59,140 nt of DNA from an uncultured bacterium. GTDB taxonomy: Bacteria > Verrucomicrobiota > Verrucomicrobiia > Opitutales > Intestinicryptomonadaceae. The stretch is taken from NCBI GenBank assembly GCA_905214995.1, contig CAJMOT010000001.1, forward strand, positions 1 through 59,140. The letters are read 5' to 3'. Both the position numbers and the translations under genes were made by a program. Of the stretch, positions 33,601 through 42,168 are shown one piece after another. The notes beneath the pieces are model-generated. The model was given only the letters and a program-made list of their open reading frames with translations, searched no databases and had not been told where the DNA came from. The stretch's first letter is position 1; every line of letters begins with the position of its first letter.

Positions 33601-34547
33601 CGGATTGCGACGCGGTAAAGCTTGCCGGCGCGGGAGCTTCGGCGCGCTTCATAAACTGCGACGCCGGAAAATTCGAGAACGGAACCGCCGAGATGTCCGC
33701 GGACAAAATGAAAAACCACGCGCGGGTAATCGTGGATTTCGGCAAAAAGTTTTCGCTTCCGGAAAATGCCGCGGAGGGTAGCCTGTCTTTCGATATCGAC
33801 GTCGGCGCCGGCAATTCCGCGCCGGAGCTCTACGCCGCTCTCGACAAGACGGTTGACAATATCCGCCGTTCCACGAGGGGAATGCTCGAAGACCTCGGCG
33901 AGGGCAGGTACCGCGCGCAGATTCCGCTATCCGCCCTTCTGAAAGGGGAGCGCGATTCCTTCGAGCGCGTCATTGTCCAAGTGCACGGAGCCCCGAATGG
34001 GTTTGAAAAGATAAAGATCGGAAATTTCGCGCTCGTCGCGTACCGCTCGGCAAATCCGTTCAGAAACGACGCGTTTGAGACTTCCCAATGGGGCGGGGTC
34101 AAAATGTCCAAAGGGCGGGGATACGTGTCGTTCGGTCTCGACAATGACAGCAGCAAGTGGTGTCTCGGAACTTTGAAATTCCTCAGGCCGGTTCCCGTTC
34201 CGGAGGATTTCGGGAAAAAGAGCCTGGTCTTTGAAATCAACGCCGGCCAGGACGTATTGGGCAACAGGAATATCGGCTCGCAGAACTTCCAGATGAACTT
34301 TTCATATCTGGACGCGAAGGGCGAAAAGGCATCTGCGGAAAATATAGTCGTCTCGAAGGGCGGATTTATTTCAGGGGGCGCGGTGGACGGACTCCCCGCG
34401 ACTTGGCAGAAGGTGTCGATACCGGTTGCGCGGATGATGCCGAAGGGGGCGGACGGCGTTTCGGCGATAACCTCCATCGCGCTTCAATACATGCTTCTGC
34501 CCGCCGACAGGGCGGGGGTTCAGATAAGAAACATAAGGTTTGAGTAG
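30684..34547 (+). CDS. Large secreted clan-A glycoside hydrolase (GH42-like) with a trimerisation-like domain and C-terminal beta-rich modules
   Basis: Signal peptide; YELFNEP (putative acid/base); KYGGKISRLNAAWGASY..FDEI; PIFDGE (putative nucleophile); DVAVLYS. Start re-picked to MRNIIRF. Confidence 0.78.
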   Translation: MRNIIRFARFAALAAVCPAALALEDYKKPVAEDADFFPPFDSIKPPLLMPRDAKLEFSKEGHFLVDGEPRYMEGTIFYEGESISFGVPTYGYPPSLKWLYETTQNYEDLQRLGFDTVGTGVPNDWMRKYRKRFIHMRINDEAFLRYAKSGLPLYIDFTASEWSHGGLKYAEGMPPAKEAFTVPGRSYHWMPYSANAPEGRQLWREMWEGGAEFLKKRGIKPFMYELFNEPDYDDLSEYNRKLFAKKMKSKYGGKISRLNAAWGASYSNFDEISGFKNYDENAGLFVEWVKFMEDSFAGLCKFGAKVIREADGRPDVGVCFQPIFLDGNNVNIYKADRHLDAVCSSTGGGDFFQARFMRAIADGKPIFDGETYMGHTRESFRNKILEQYMRGYNASYLFKWSRRPNDPAWKLENGGVRLAEKFPYMVLNPYAAHPRALLGLMDAKRAIFSVNGLFTPRDRGVKSDVAVLYSYPTNRLQRYPKAPPLQTDMEKKVAAALEYSQVQYDIVLEEQLKSGRQNRYKALVCAGAASYKATPRRLLEYAEGGGTLVLFFDALTLDEYGKPLGETIAGIEFGEDRSAVSGELKIGGESMRAFRFKSVKMPEGWTPIGEIGGEPAVWEKPAGKGKMVFVNAKVSVADLRRLAFEILRRSGVEKLCGVENAITGAPCGAVEMAKARAGGKVGYFIFNRSLDAEAVALAPKEDLVFAEILSRKIIERDAEGRIILPLKSGEPAVLVGSPKGEAAREFEGFKRVSGADAARGAADWDRKLREEKMKSAKAFDVPAANLRTIPMREFANLDCSADIPLGGSFGKLKSLPWSVENCNGIPFDFIRPDHNKNLTAIGLGDFGAKGKFSEVRGVKIDSKASALYFLHAAAGDAEGEIAKYAVNYSDGSKAEIPIVMNRNVGAWDAVLNPDKNAETVAGFINPDNRGLYVWKWENPFPHKLIESVDAVLTRPSAAYFAAGITAESPSGDSDCDAVKLAGAGASARFINCDAGKFENGTAEMSADKMKNHARVIVDFGKKFSLPENAAEGSLSFDIDVGAGNSAPELYAALDKTVDNIRRSTRGMLEDLGEGRYRAQIPLSALLKGERDSFERVIVQVHGAPNGFEKIKIGNFALVAYRSANPFRNDAFETSQWGGVKMSKGRGYVSFGLDNDSSKWCLGTLKFLRPVPVPEDFGKKSLVFEINAGQDVLGNRNIGSQNFQMNFSYLDAKGEKASAENIVVSKGGFISGGAVDGLPATWQKVSIPVARMMPKGADGVSAITSIALQYMLLPADRAGVQIRNIRFE

Positions 34548-34566
34548 CCCCCGCCCGCGGGCGCGC

Positions 34567-34612
34567 AAAAAAAAAGAAACCCTCCGGCGCGCGCCGGAAG
34601 GTTTCTTTTTTT
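34567..34612. terminator. Bidirectional intrinsic terminator
   Basis: A9-GAAACC-CTCCGGCG..CGCCGGA-AGGTTTC-T run between convergent genes. Confidence 0.85.
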
Positions 34613-34627
34613 CCAAAAAGTTTTCGC

Positions 34628-36040
34628 TCAGATTTCCGAGGCGATTTTTTCGGCGGATTCGGCGGCGGCTTTCGCCTTTTCGACGCCATCTTCCGTCTTT
34701 TTTGCGGCGGCTTCCGCGAGCTTCTCAAATTGCGCCTTGAATATGGCGCGGCGCGATTCGAGTATTTTGTTAGAGGTCTCCGCCGTCTGTATGCGCGACT
34801 GCATCGCCTGCGCGCGGGAGAATAGCGATATGGCGTCCATCGAGAGGCTCTGCGCCGCGTTTATGTCGGCGTCTATCGCCGCATTTTGCAGTTGCGCTTC
34901 GTTGGCGGCGTCGCGCAGAAACTTCGCGGCCTCGCGGATTTCAAACGCGGCGTTCGAGATTTTCGAAAATTCGCCGAGAAATTCCGCGCGCAGATTTTGC
35001 GGCTTTTGGGCTGCCGCCGCGGAATTTCGCATTTCAGGCGGGGCGGCGTATAGGGTAGCAGGGGTTCTCGCCGCTTCCCCCTTCGATTTCATCGCGAACT
35101 GATCCGCCGCGTCTGCGGCTGCGAATCCGGCGTCGTAGACTCCCCGCTCCCATTTGCCGGCGGAGATTTTCGGCAGGGCGGAGAAAATCGAAATGCGGGA
35201 AAATTCGGCGTCCGCGAATTTTCCGGAGGCCGGAATTTTGTTGAGGACGAGGTCGGCGAGCTTCCCGTAAGATTTCATGAGGACGGCGCGCGCGCCGTTT
35301 GCGTCTCCGGCGCATTTGGCGAGCTCCTTGCCAGCTTGGGCGTACTGTTCGGCGAGCTCTTCGAGGGGCGCCTTTATGTTTCCGATTTTCTCAGAGTTTT
35401 CCGCGTTGAGCGATTCGAGGCGCGCCGCGTACTCTTCGGCGAGGGCAACGGCGGGCGCCACGCCCTCCATTTTGGGAGTAGCCACGGAGATGTTTACGAG
35501 GGTTGACGAAAGAAATTCCTCCGCGGATTTTAGCGACGCCGCGGCGGATTGGAAATCAGCCTGGACGGATTCAAATTCGCGCTTGTCCTGGTACATATTC
35601 CCGGGGTTTTGCGCCACTTTCGGCCGCAACGCCTCTATCGCGGCTTCAATGCTTTTTATTTTTGCGCGCGCCATCGGCAGGATTTTTTCGACGTCTTCGA
35701 GCGTCGATTTCGCGCTTTTAAACCCTTCCACATCGGCGACGAAAGCCGTTTTGAACGCCGCTATCCGCCTTTTGATGGATTGGGAGGAATTTTCGAGCTC
35801 CGCGAAGTCGCGGGCGAGCGACCGGAATTCCCCTTCCTTTTGGGAGAGCGAGGAGCTTTCGGCGTTGAAAATAGAGTCCGCGGAGCGGATCAGGTTTTGG
35901 GCGTCGGAAAACGAGGCGAACGCGGCTTTCATTTCGGCGCGCGCGGCCTCGATTTCCCCCGCCGCGTTTTCGGGTTCGGCGAATGCGGCAGCGCATGCGC
36001 ATGCCGCGAACAGCGGTATAAGTGCGTTTTGTGTTTTCAT
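34628..36040 (-). CDS. Secreted alanine-rich coiled-coil protein of unknown function
   Basis: Signal peptide ending AAFA; long Ala/Glu/Lys-rich helical stretches; follows priA on the same strand. Confidence 0.75.
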   Translation of the reverse strand: MKTQNALIPLFAACACAAAFAEPENAAGEIEAARAEMKAAFASFSDAQNLIRSADSIFNAESSSLSQKEGEFRSLARDFAELENSSQSIKRRIAAFKTAFVADVEGFKSAKSTLEDVEKILPMARAKIKSIEAAIEALRPKVAQNPGNMYQDKREFESVQADFQSAAASLKSAEEFLSSTLVNISVATPKMEGVAPAVALAEEYAARLESLNAENSEKIGNIKAPLEELAEQYAQAGKELAKCAGDANGARAVLMKSYGKLADLVLNKIPASGKFADAEFSRISIFSALPKISAGKWERGVYDAGFAAADAADQFAMKSKGEAARTPATLYAAPPEMRNSAAAAQKPQNLRAEFLGEFSKISNAAFEIREAAKFLRDAANEAQLQNAAIDADINAAQSLSMDAISLFSRAQAMQSRIQTAETSNKILESRRAIFKAQFEKLAEAAAKKTEDGVEKAKAAAESAEKIASEI

Positions 36041-36096
36041 GGCTTTTGTATGTTAGACGCCGCGAAAGGCGATTTGTTTTGCGGCATCGCGAAATT

Positions 36097-38325
36097 TTAC
36101 ATCATCGACATCGGATCCACGTCGAGCGCGTCCTCTACGTCCTCGTCCATCGGAAATTCCCTCCGCAGCTTTGCGATTTCCGCCACCGCCGCGCGCACGT
36201 TTTGCGTGAAGTACCAGATGTGCCACCTGTAAAAGTCTTCGGATTTTTCGAGCGGGGCGGGTGACGGCCCGCGGATCGAGCAGAATCCGCCGATCTTCGC
36301 CTCGGCGGCCTCCGCCCATTTCTCGGCGTAAAATTCGAGCTTTTCCTCGCTGCGAGAGCGGAATATGTGGCGTATCAGGCGCGTCGAGGGCGGATAGCCG
36401 TACTCGGCGCGGTTTTCGAGCTCCTCCTCCAAAAACGACTCCATGTCGTCGCGCTTTGCGTACTGTATGGGCGCGGCCTCCGGCGTCATCGTTTGGACTA
36501 TAACCTCCCCGCGCGCCTCGCCCCTCCCCGCGCGGCCAGCCACCTGCACTATGAGCTGGTAGGTCTTTTCGGCGGCGCGGAAATCCGGCATGTGCAGGCT
36601 TATGTCGGCGTCGATTATCCCCACGAGCGTGACCCGCGGGAAGTCGAGCCCCTTGGCTATCATCTGCGTGCCGACGAGTATGTCGAGCTTCCCGCGCCGG
36701 AAGTCGCCGAGGATTCTGCGGTAGTTGTCGCGCCTCTTCATGGCGTCCCTGTCCATGCGCCCGATTCTCGCGGCGGGGAACATCGCGGATATCGCCTCCT
36801 CGATTTTCTGCGTTCCCGCCCCGCGCCACTTGGCCTTGGGCGAGCCGCATTTCCCGCACGCGCGCGGGGCCTTCGCTGTGTAGCCGCACAGGTGGCACTT
36901 CACGACGTCTTCCCTCTTGTGCCACGTCATGCTGACCGAGCAGTGCGGGCACTCCTCGACCGCCCCGCAATCGGGGCACTCGAATATTTTGGAGTATCCC
37001 CTGCGGTTGAGGAAGAGAATCGCCTGCTCCCCGTCGTCGAGCCTCCGCGCGAGCTTTTCCGCCAGAATGTTGGAGATTGCCGCCCCGGGCTTTTCGCGCT
37101 TCATGTCCACGATGAACACGGAGGGCATGGAAGACCCGTCTATGCGGCTGGAGATTCTGGATAGGGCGTATTTGCCGGTTTTCGCGTTGTTGAGCGTTTC
37201 GAGAGCGGGGGTGGCGGAGCCGAGCACGCAGGCGCATCCGGCGATTTTTGCGCGGTATACGGCGACGTCCCTGCCGTTGTAGCGCGGCGCCTTGTCCTGC
37301 TTGTATGCGGCGTCGTGCTCTTCGTCCACTATTATGAGGCGCAGATTTTTGAGGGGGGCGAACACGCAGCTGCGCGCGCCGACGACGACTTTTGCCTCTC
37401 CGCGCGCCAACGCCCTCCACGCGTCGAGCCGTTGCCCGTCCGACAGCCCGCTGTGCCACACCACCAGACCGCAGTCGCCGAGCCTGCTTTTGAGCCTCCC
37501 GACCGTCTGGGGGGTCAGCGCGATTTCCGGAACGAGGAATATGCACGTTCCGCCGCCGTCGAGGGCTTTTTTCATGGCGCGCATGTAGACTTCAGTCTTT
37601 CCCGAACCCGTCACGCCGTAGAGCAGGCGCGTTTTGAAGGCGCGCGCGGCGATGTCGGATGAGATTTCCCCGAACGCCTTTTGCTGTTGGGCGTTGAGTT
37701 CCGGCGGTTCGGAGGGGACGGCTTCCGCCGCCGACAGGTCGTCGTCGAACGCCGCGCGCCGGATTTCCCTCGCGCGTTGGACGAGCAGCCCCTTTTTGAC
37801 GAGCGCGTCTATTGCCGCGCTCGTCGTCTGGGCGAGCCTTATCAGCGCGGATTTCAATATGGCGTCGGGGTATCCGCCCATAAATTCGAGCAGTTTTCGC
37901 TGCTGCGGGGCGCGGGGCAGGAGGGCGGCGATTTCCTCGGGCGATACGGGGCGGGCGAGGGATATTTCCGCGGCCTCCCTCGCGCCCTTGCCGGCGCGGA
38001 CTACCGCGGGAATCATGGTCTCGAAAATCTGCCGCATTCCGCAGCCGTAGTATTCGCCCATCCACTTTGCGAGTTTCATTAGCTCCGGCGTCAGGACGGG
38101 CTCGGGCTGGACGAAAGAGCGCAGCGGGCGCAGGTTGAAGGAAGCTTCAACTTCCGCCGCCGGGCGTGTGTCCGTCACGATTCCGCAGGCGCTCCCGCCC
38201 CGCAGCGGCACGCTCACAAGCGACCCTACCGCGAGGGGTTCGAGGCTTTCGGGAACGGAGTATGTGAGGGCGCGCTCGATTCCGCTGAACAGCAGGATTG
38301 TCGCCGCGCGTTTTTCGGCGGCCAT
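36097..38325 (-). CDS. priA: Primosomal protein N'
   Basis: GVTGSGKTEVY, LVPEIALTPQ, IIVDEEHD, GSATP, four CxxC pairs, GTQMIAKGLDFP, QVAGRAGR. Confidence 0.97.
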   Translation of the reverse strand: MAAEKRAATILLFSGIERALTYSVPESLEPLAVGSLVSVPLRGGSACGIVTDTRPAAEVEASFNLRPLRSFVQPEPVLTPELMKLAKWMGEYYGCGMRQIFETMIPAVVRAGKGAREAAEISLARPVSPEEIAALLPRAPQQRKLLEFMGGYPDAILKSALIRLAQTTSAAIDALVKKGLLVQRAREIRRAAFDDDLSAAEAVPSEPPELNAQQQKAFGEISSDIAARAFKTRLLYGVTGSGKTEVYMRAMKKALDGGGTCIFLVPEIALTPQTVGRLKSRLGDCGLVVWHSGLSDGQRLDAWRALARGEAKVVVGARSCVFAPLKNLRLIIVDEEHDAAYKQDKAPRYNGRDVAVYRAKIAGCACVLGSATPALETLNNAKTGKYALSRISSRIDGSSMPSVFIVDMKREKPGAAISNILAEKLARRLDDGEQAILFLNRRGYSKIFECPDCGAVEECPHCSVSMTWHKREDVVKCHLCGYTAKAPRACGKCGSPKAKWRGAGTQKIEEAISAMFPAARIGRMDRDAMKRRDNYRRILGDFRRGKLDILVGTQMIAKGLDFPRVTLVGIIDADISLHMPDFRAAEKTYQLIVQVAGRAGRGEARGEVIVQTMTPEAAPIQYAKRDDMESFLEEELENRAEYGYPPSTRLIRHIFRSRSEEKLEFYAEKWAEAAEAKIGGFCSIRGPSPAPLEKSEDFYRWHIWYFTQNVRAAVAEIAKLRREFPMDEDVEDALDVDPMSMM

Positions 38326-38329
38326 TTTG

Positions 38330-39766
38330 CTATTGCGCGCTTTCGGCGGCGGCCGCCGCGTTCAGTTCGGCGATTTTGCGGAATATGTCCGCATAGGCGC
38401 GCAGAACGCCCACGCGCGCGGATAGCCTTATCTTTACGGAATTTCTTTCGATGAACGCGAACGCCTCGGAATCTTCCACTTTTCCGTCAAAATCGACCCC
38501 GAATTGCGAAAAAATCGCCTTCATTATCCTCGAATTGTTTATTGCCGCGGCGAAGTCCGCGCCGGAGGCGGCGTATTTTTTCAGCGGATAGTCCGACGGG
38601 GGATTTTTTATTTTTTCAATGGCGGCTTTGACGGCTTCAAGGGAAGTGGCGGACACGAGGTATCCACCCTCCTTTACCATAAACATCTTGGGCGCGCCGG
38701 CGGCGGGGGCGGAGGTCTCGCAGATTTCCATTCCGTCGATTTCCCTTATTTGCGCCTTGAATGGCGGGAGTTCCCCCGAAGTCCCCGCGAAATTTTTCGC
38801 GAATTCCGCGTTCGCCCTTTCCGCCGTTTCGGCGATCTCTTTCAGCGACATGGCGGACGCGGCGACCGACACGCTTTCAAACTGCGCCGGCGGCTTGAAG
38901 TCGAGCGCGGAAGCGGAAGTTGAGGAGGATTCAATCGCGGCGAAGATGGCGTCCCGGGTTTGGGGCGGGATTTCGAGAGAGTCCATCAGCGGCCGCATGA
39001 GCTTTTTGTAAGGGCCGGCGGCGGCTTTGCCGTTTGCGGAGGAGACGGCGGAGAACATGAAGCCCTGCGGTATGAACGCCGCTTCCGCCGCGCGCTTTTT
39101 GAGGGGCAGGGCGTTTATCAGGTTTGCGAGGTCGGAGTTTTCACGCGCGTAGAGGTCGGTTTTTACGCGGACGGAATTCCCGTCGCAGTCGAACGCGATT
39201 TTTACGAGCTCCACGCCGCTTGCGGCCGCTTTGAACGACTCGAACATCTTTTTTGCGCGCGGAATTTCCGGCGCGGGAAGCGAGGCTAAAAATTCGGAGT
39301 CCCTGACGCGCAGTGACAGCATTGAGCCGTCTTTTTCGGATGCGGCGGCTATGGTTTCGTCGGCGTATTTTGACACGTCGGCGGACGGGTCGCCCTTGAT
39401 CTGGACCACCAGCCATCCCCCTTTTTCAAAGCGGCGCATATTGGCCTGCTGCGCGAACTTGAAGAGAACCGACTCCTTCGACGCCTTTACCGCGGCGAAC
39501 GCCAGCGGATCCGCGGGGCTGCCGAACGCGGCAATCCCGAAATTTTCCCTCGCGACGCCCTCGAAATTCGGGTAGCCGAGCGGCGAGAGCGACAGGGCGA
39601 GGGTCATCTCCGCCTGCGGGTCGGGGTAGATTTTCCTCATGAGATCGGCTGCCTTTGCGAAAAATTCCTTCGGATTTTGCGCCGACGCCGAAAGCCAGGG
39701 CTTTTCTGCGGCGAGGGGGGCGCAGCATGCGGCGGCGAATGCGATTATGGCGGCAAATTTTTTCAT
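38330..39766 (-). CDS. Hypothetical secreted protein
   Basis: Signal peptide MKKFAAIIAFAAACCAPLAA; ends 4 nt before the priA start. Confidence 0.78.
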   Translation of the reverse strand: MKKFAAIIAFAAACCAPLAAEKPWLSASAQNPKEFFAKAADLMRKIYPDPQAEMTLALSLSPLGYPNFEGVARENFGIAAFGSPADPLAFAAVKASKESVLFKFAQQANMRRFEKGGWLVVQIKGDPSADVSKYADETIAAASEKDGSMLSLRVRDSEFLASLPAPEIPRAKKMFESFKAAASGVELVKIAFDCDGNSVRVKTDLYARENSDLANLINALPLKKRAAEAAFIPQGFMFSAVSSANGKAAAGPYKKLMRPLMDSLEIPPQTRDAIFAAIESSSTSASALDFKPPAQFESVSVAASAMSLKEIAETAERANAEFAKNFAGTSGELPPFKAQIREIDGMEICETSAPAAGAPKMFMVKEGGYLVSATSLEAVKAAIEKIKNPPSDYPLKKYAASGADFAAAINNSRIMKAIFSQFGVDFDGKVEDSEAFAFIERNSVKIRLSARVGVLRAYADIFRKIAELNAAAAAESAQ

Positions 39767-39878
39767 TCTGCGGATAAGTTTTTTTTGCGATTTAACGCGA
39801 ATCCGCGCGGCATTTCAAGCGCGTATTTCAGGCGGCTTTCGCGCGGCGCGGGCGCATGTTTTCGGCGGGAAAGCCGCG

Positions 39879-42164
39879 TCAGTCCTTTTTGGGGTCGGCG
39901 GCGTCGCGGAGGATGTCGCCGAGAATGTTGAAACACAGCACCGTCGCGAATATTGCCGCCCCCGGGGTGAGCATCCACCAGAAGCCGAGCATCAAAACTT
40001 TCGTGTCGTTCTGCGCCTGCGCGAGCATCAGCCCCCACGAGGCGGACGGCTCCTGTATCCCGAGGCCGAGGAACGACAGCGCGGCTTCCCCCAAAACGTA
40101 GGCGGGTATGGAGAGGGTTGCGCCCACTATCAGGTAGCTCAGGACATTGGGCAGAAAATGCCTTATTATTATTTTTACGGGAGATTCTCCCATAGCCTTC
40201 GCCGCCTGGACGTACTGGGCGTTTGCGAGGGAAAGCGACATTCCCCTGATGACACGCGCGGTCCCCGCCCAGCCGAGCGCGGAAAGTATTATGACTATCA
40301 TGACGTACATCTGCGCGCTGTCGAAGTGCGGGGCGAGGGCGGAGCGCATGGCGAGCAGCAGGTACAGGCTCGGAATCGCCATGAGAAACTCTACGAACCT
40401 CATCGCCACGAAGTCGAAAGTTCCGCCGAAATATCCCGCGAGCCCGCCCACGAGAAACCCGAGCGCCATGGTTATAGCGATTCCCACAAAGCCTATGCTC
40501 AGCGACACGCGCGCGCCGTAGAGCAGGCGGGAGAACACGTCGCGCCCCGTGGAGTCCGCGCCCAGAAGGTAAACGCGCGCGTCGGGTTCCGGAGAGTCCA
40601 CCCCGAACAGGCGCGCCTTAAACGGTATCAGCCCGAAGATTTTGTAGTCGCTCTTCTCGTCCCTCACGAAAAATTTTATCGGCAGGCTCTCGCCCTCCAC
40701 GGGCTCGTATTGCGCTATGCTCGGATCCGACTGGCGGTAGCATTGGGCGCGCAGCGAGCCGTTTTCAAAGAATATTTTTGTCGGCGGGTGGAAGGATTTG
40801 TCGAGGCACTGTTCGGTCGGCGAGTACGGGGCGAGGAACGGCGCAAAAATTGCGGCGGCGTACATTGCGGCGAGGATCGCGAGGGCGGCGGCGCCGCGCT
40901 TGGATCGCAGCGTCTGGGGGAGGAGGTTCTTGCAGAAGAACGCCGCCGCCCAGCACAGCCCGAGCGCGAGAGTCAGCGCGAGAACCGCGGCGCCCGCCAT
41001 TGTCGCCCGGAAGGAGGCGGTTTTGAGAATGCCGAAGAACGCGGGGAATGTCTCGCACGCCCACGTGAGGAGCGCGGCGGCCGCCGCGACGCACGCCGTG
41101 AAAACGGCGATGCCCTTCGCGGGCGCTTTTTCGCGCTCGAGGCGTATTCGCGGGTCTGCGAGCGCGAGCAGTATGTCGGCTATTAGCTGGCCCGCGACCA
41201 GCATCGCGCAGCCTATCACCACCCCCGCCATCACGACGTACTGGTCCTGCTTGATTATCGCCGCGTATATGAGCTGCCCGAGGCCCGGGTAGTTCATGAC
41301 GTTCTCCACGAGCAGCGCGCCGGAGAGCAGACCCGCAAAGGCGAATCCGAACGATGTGACCACCGGATTTATCGCGTTGCGCAGCACGTGCTTGAACATT
41401 ATGGCGTTCTCGCCCATTCCCTTTGCGCGGGCGGTCGTCACGAAATCCGCACGCGAGTAGTCGAGGAATGTCCCGCGCATCACGCGCATCATAGACGCTA
41501 TTCCGCCGAGCGAAAGGACGAGCGTCGGGAGTATTAGGTGTTTTATCCAGTCGCCGAACTTAGCCGCGGGGGAGAGGAAGTCGTGGAGTATGGAGACCTG
41601 CCCGCCCGTCGGCAGCAGACCCGTGATTGCGGCAAACAACACCGCAAGCAGCGCGAGGAAAAAGTACGGCACGCTTAGCGCGGCGTAGGCGAGAAACGCG
41701 CTTAGCTTGTCGAACGCGGAGTCGCGGCGGACGGCGGCGAGAACCCCGAGCGGAATGGAGACCGCGTAGATTGCGAAGGTGCTCGAGAGCGCGAGCAGAA
41801 GAGTCGGAAAAATTCTCTGCCCGATGAGATCGAGGACGGGTATCTTGTAGCTCCACGAAAACCCGAAGTCGGGCGCGCCGAAATATACGGCGGAATGTTT
41901 GCCCCTCTCGGATTCCGGCAGCAGAAGGCTCGTCTTGACCGGAGAGACGCCGTTGAGCCATCTGCCGTATTGCACGTACCACGGCTTGTCGAGCCCCAGG
42001 CGCATTTCCTCCTGCTTTACGATTTCGGGGCTGATGTCCTTGGAGTTGCGCGCCTCGCTCAGAAAATCCCCCGGGGCGAGGTACATGAGCAGAAACACGA
42101 GCGCGCTGATGCCCAGCATCAGGGGTATCATGGAAAGCAGCCGCCTTGCGATGAATTTCGCCAT
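39879..42164 (-). CDS. Fused peptide ABC permease (DppB/OppB plus DppC/OppC)
   Basis: N-half APGD...LGLDKP..VQY and TTARAKGM...KHVLRNA; C-half LLGADSTGRDVFSRLLYGARVSL, QAAKAMG...RHFLPN, LSFLGLG...SWG. Confidence 0.92.
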   Translation of the reverse strand: MAKFIARRLLSMIPLMLGISALVFLLMYLAPGDFLSEARNSKDISPEIVKQEEMRLGLDKPWYVQYGRWLNGVSPVKTSLLLPESERGKHSAVYFGAPDFGFSWSYKIPVLDLIGQRIFPTLLLALSSTFAIYAVSIPLGVLAAVRRDSAFDKLSAFLAYAALSVPYFFLALLAVLFAAITGLLPTGGQVSILHDFLSPAAKFGDWIKHLILPTLVLSLGGIASMMRVMRGTFLDYSRADFVTTARAKGMGENAIMFKHVLRNAINPVVTSFGFAFAGLLSGALLVENVMNYPGLGQLIYAAIIKQDQYVVMAGVVIGCAMLVAGQLIADILLALADPRIRLEREKAPAKGIAVFTACVAAAAALLTWACETFPAFFGILKTASFRATMAGAAVLALTLALGLCWAAAFFCKNLLPQTLRSKRGAAALAILAAMYAAAIFAPFLAPYSPTEQCLDKSFHPPTKIFFENGSLRAQCYRQSDPSIAQYEPVEGESLPIKFFVRDEKSDYKIFGLIPFKARLFGVDSPEPDARVYLLGADSTGRDVFSRLLYGARVSLSIGFVGIAITMALGFLVGGLAGYFGGTFDFVAMRFVEFLMAIPSLYLLLAMRSALAPHFDSAQMYVMIVIILSALGWAGTARVIRGMSLSLANAQYVQAAKAMGESPVKIIIRHFLPNVLSYLIVGATLSIPAYVLGEAALSFLGLGIQEPSASWGLMLAQAQNDTKVLMLGFWWMLTPGAAIFATVLCFNILGDILRDAADPKKD

Positions 42165-42168
42165 GCCC

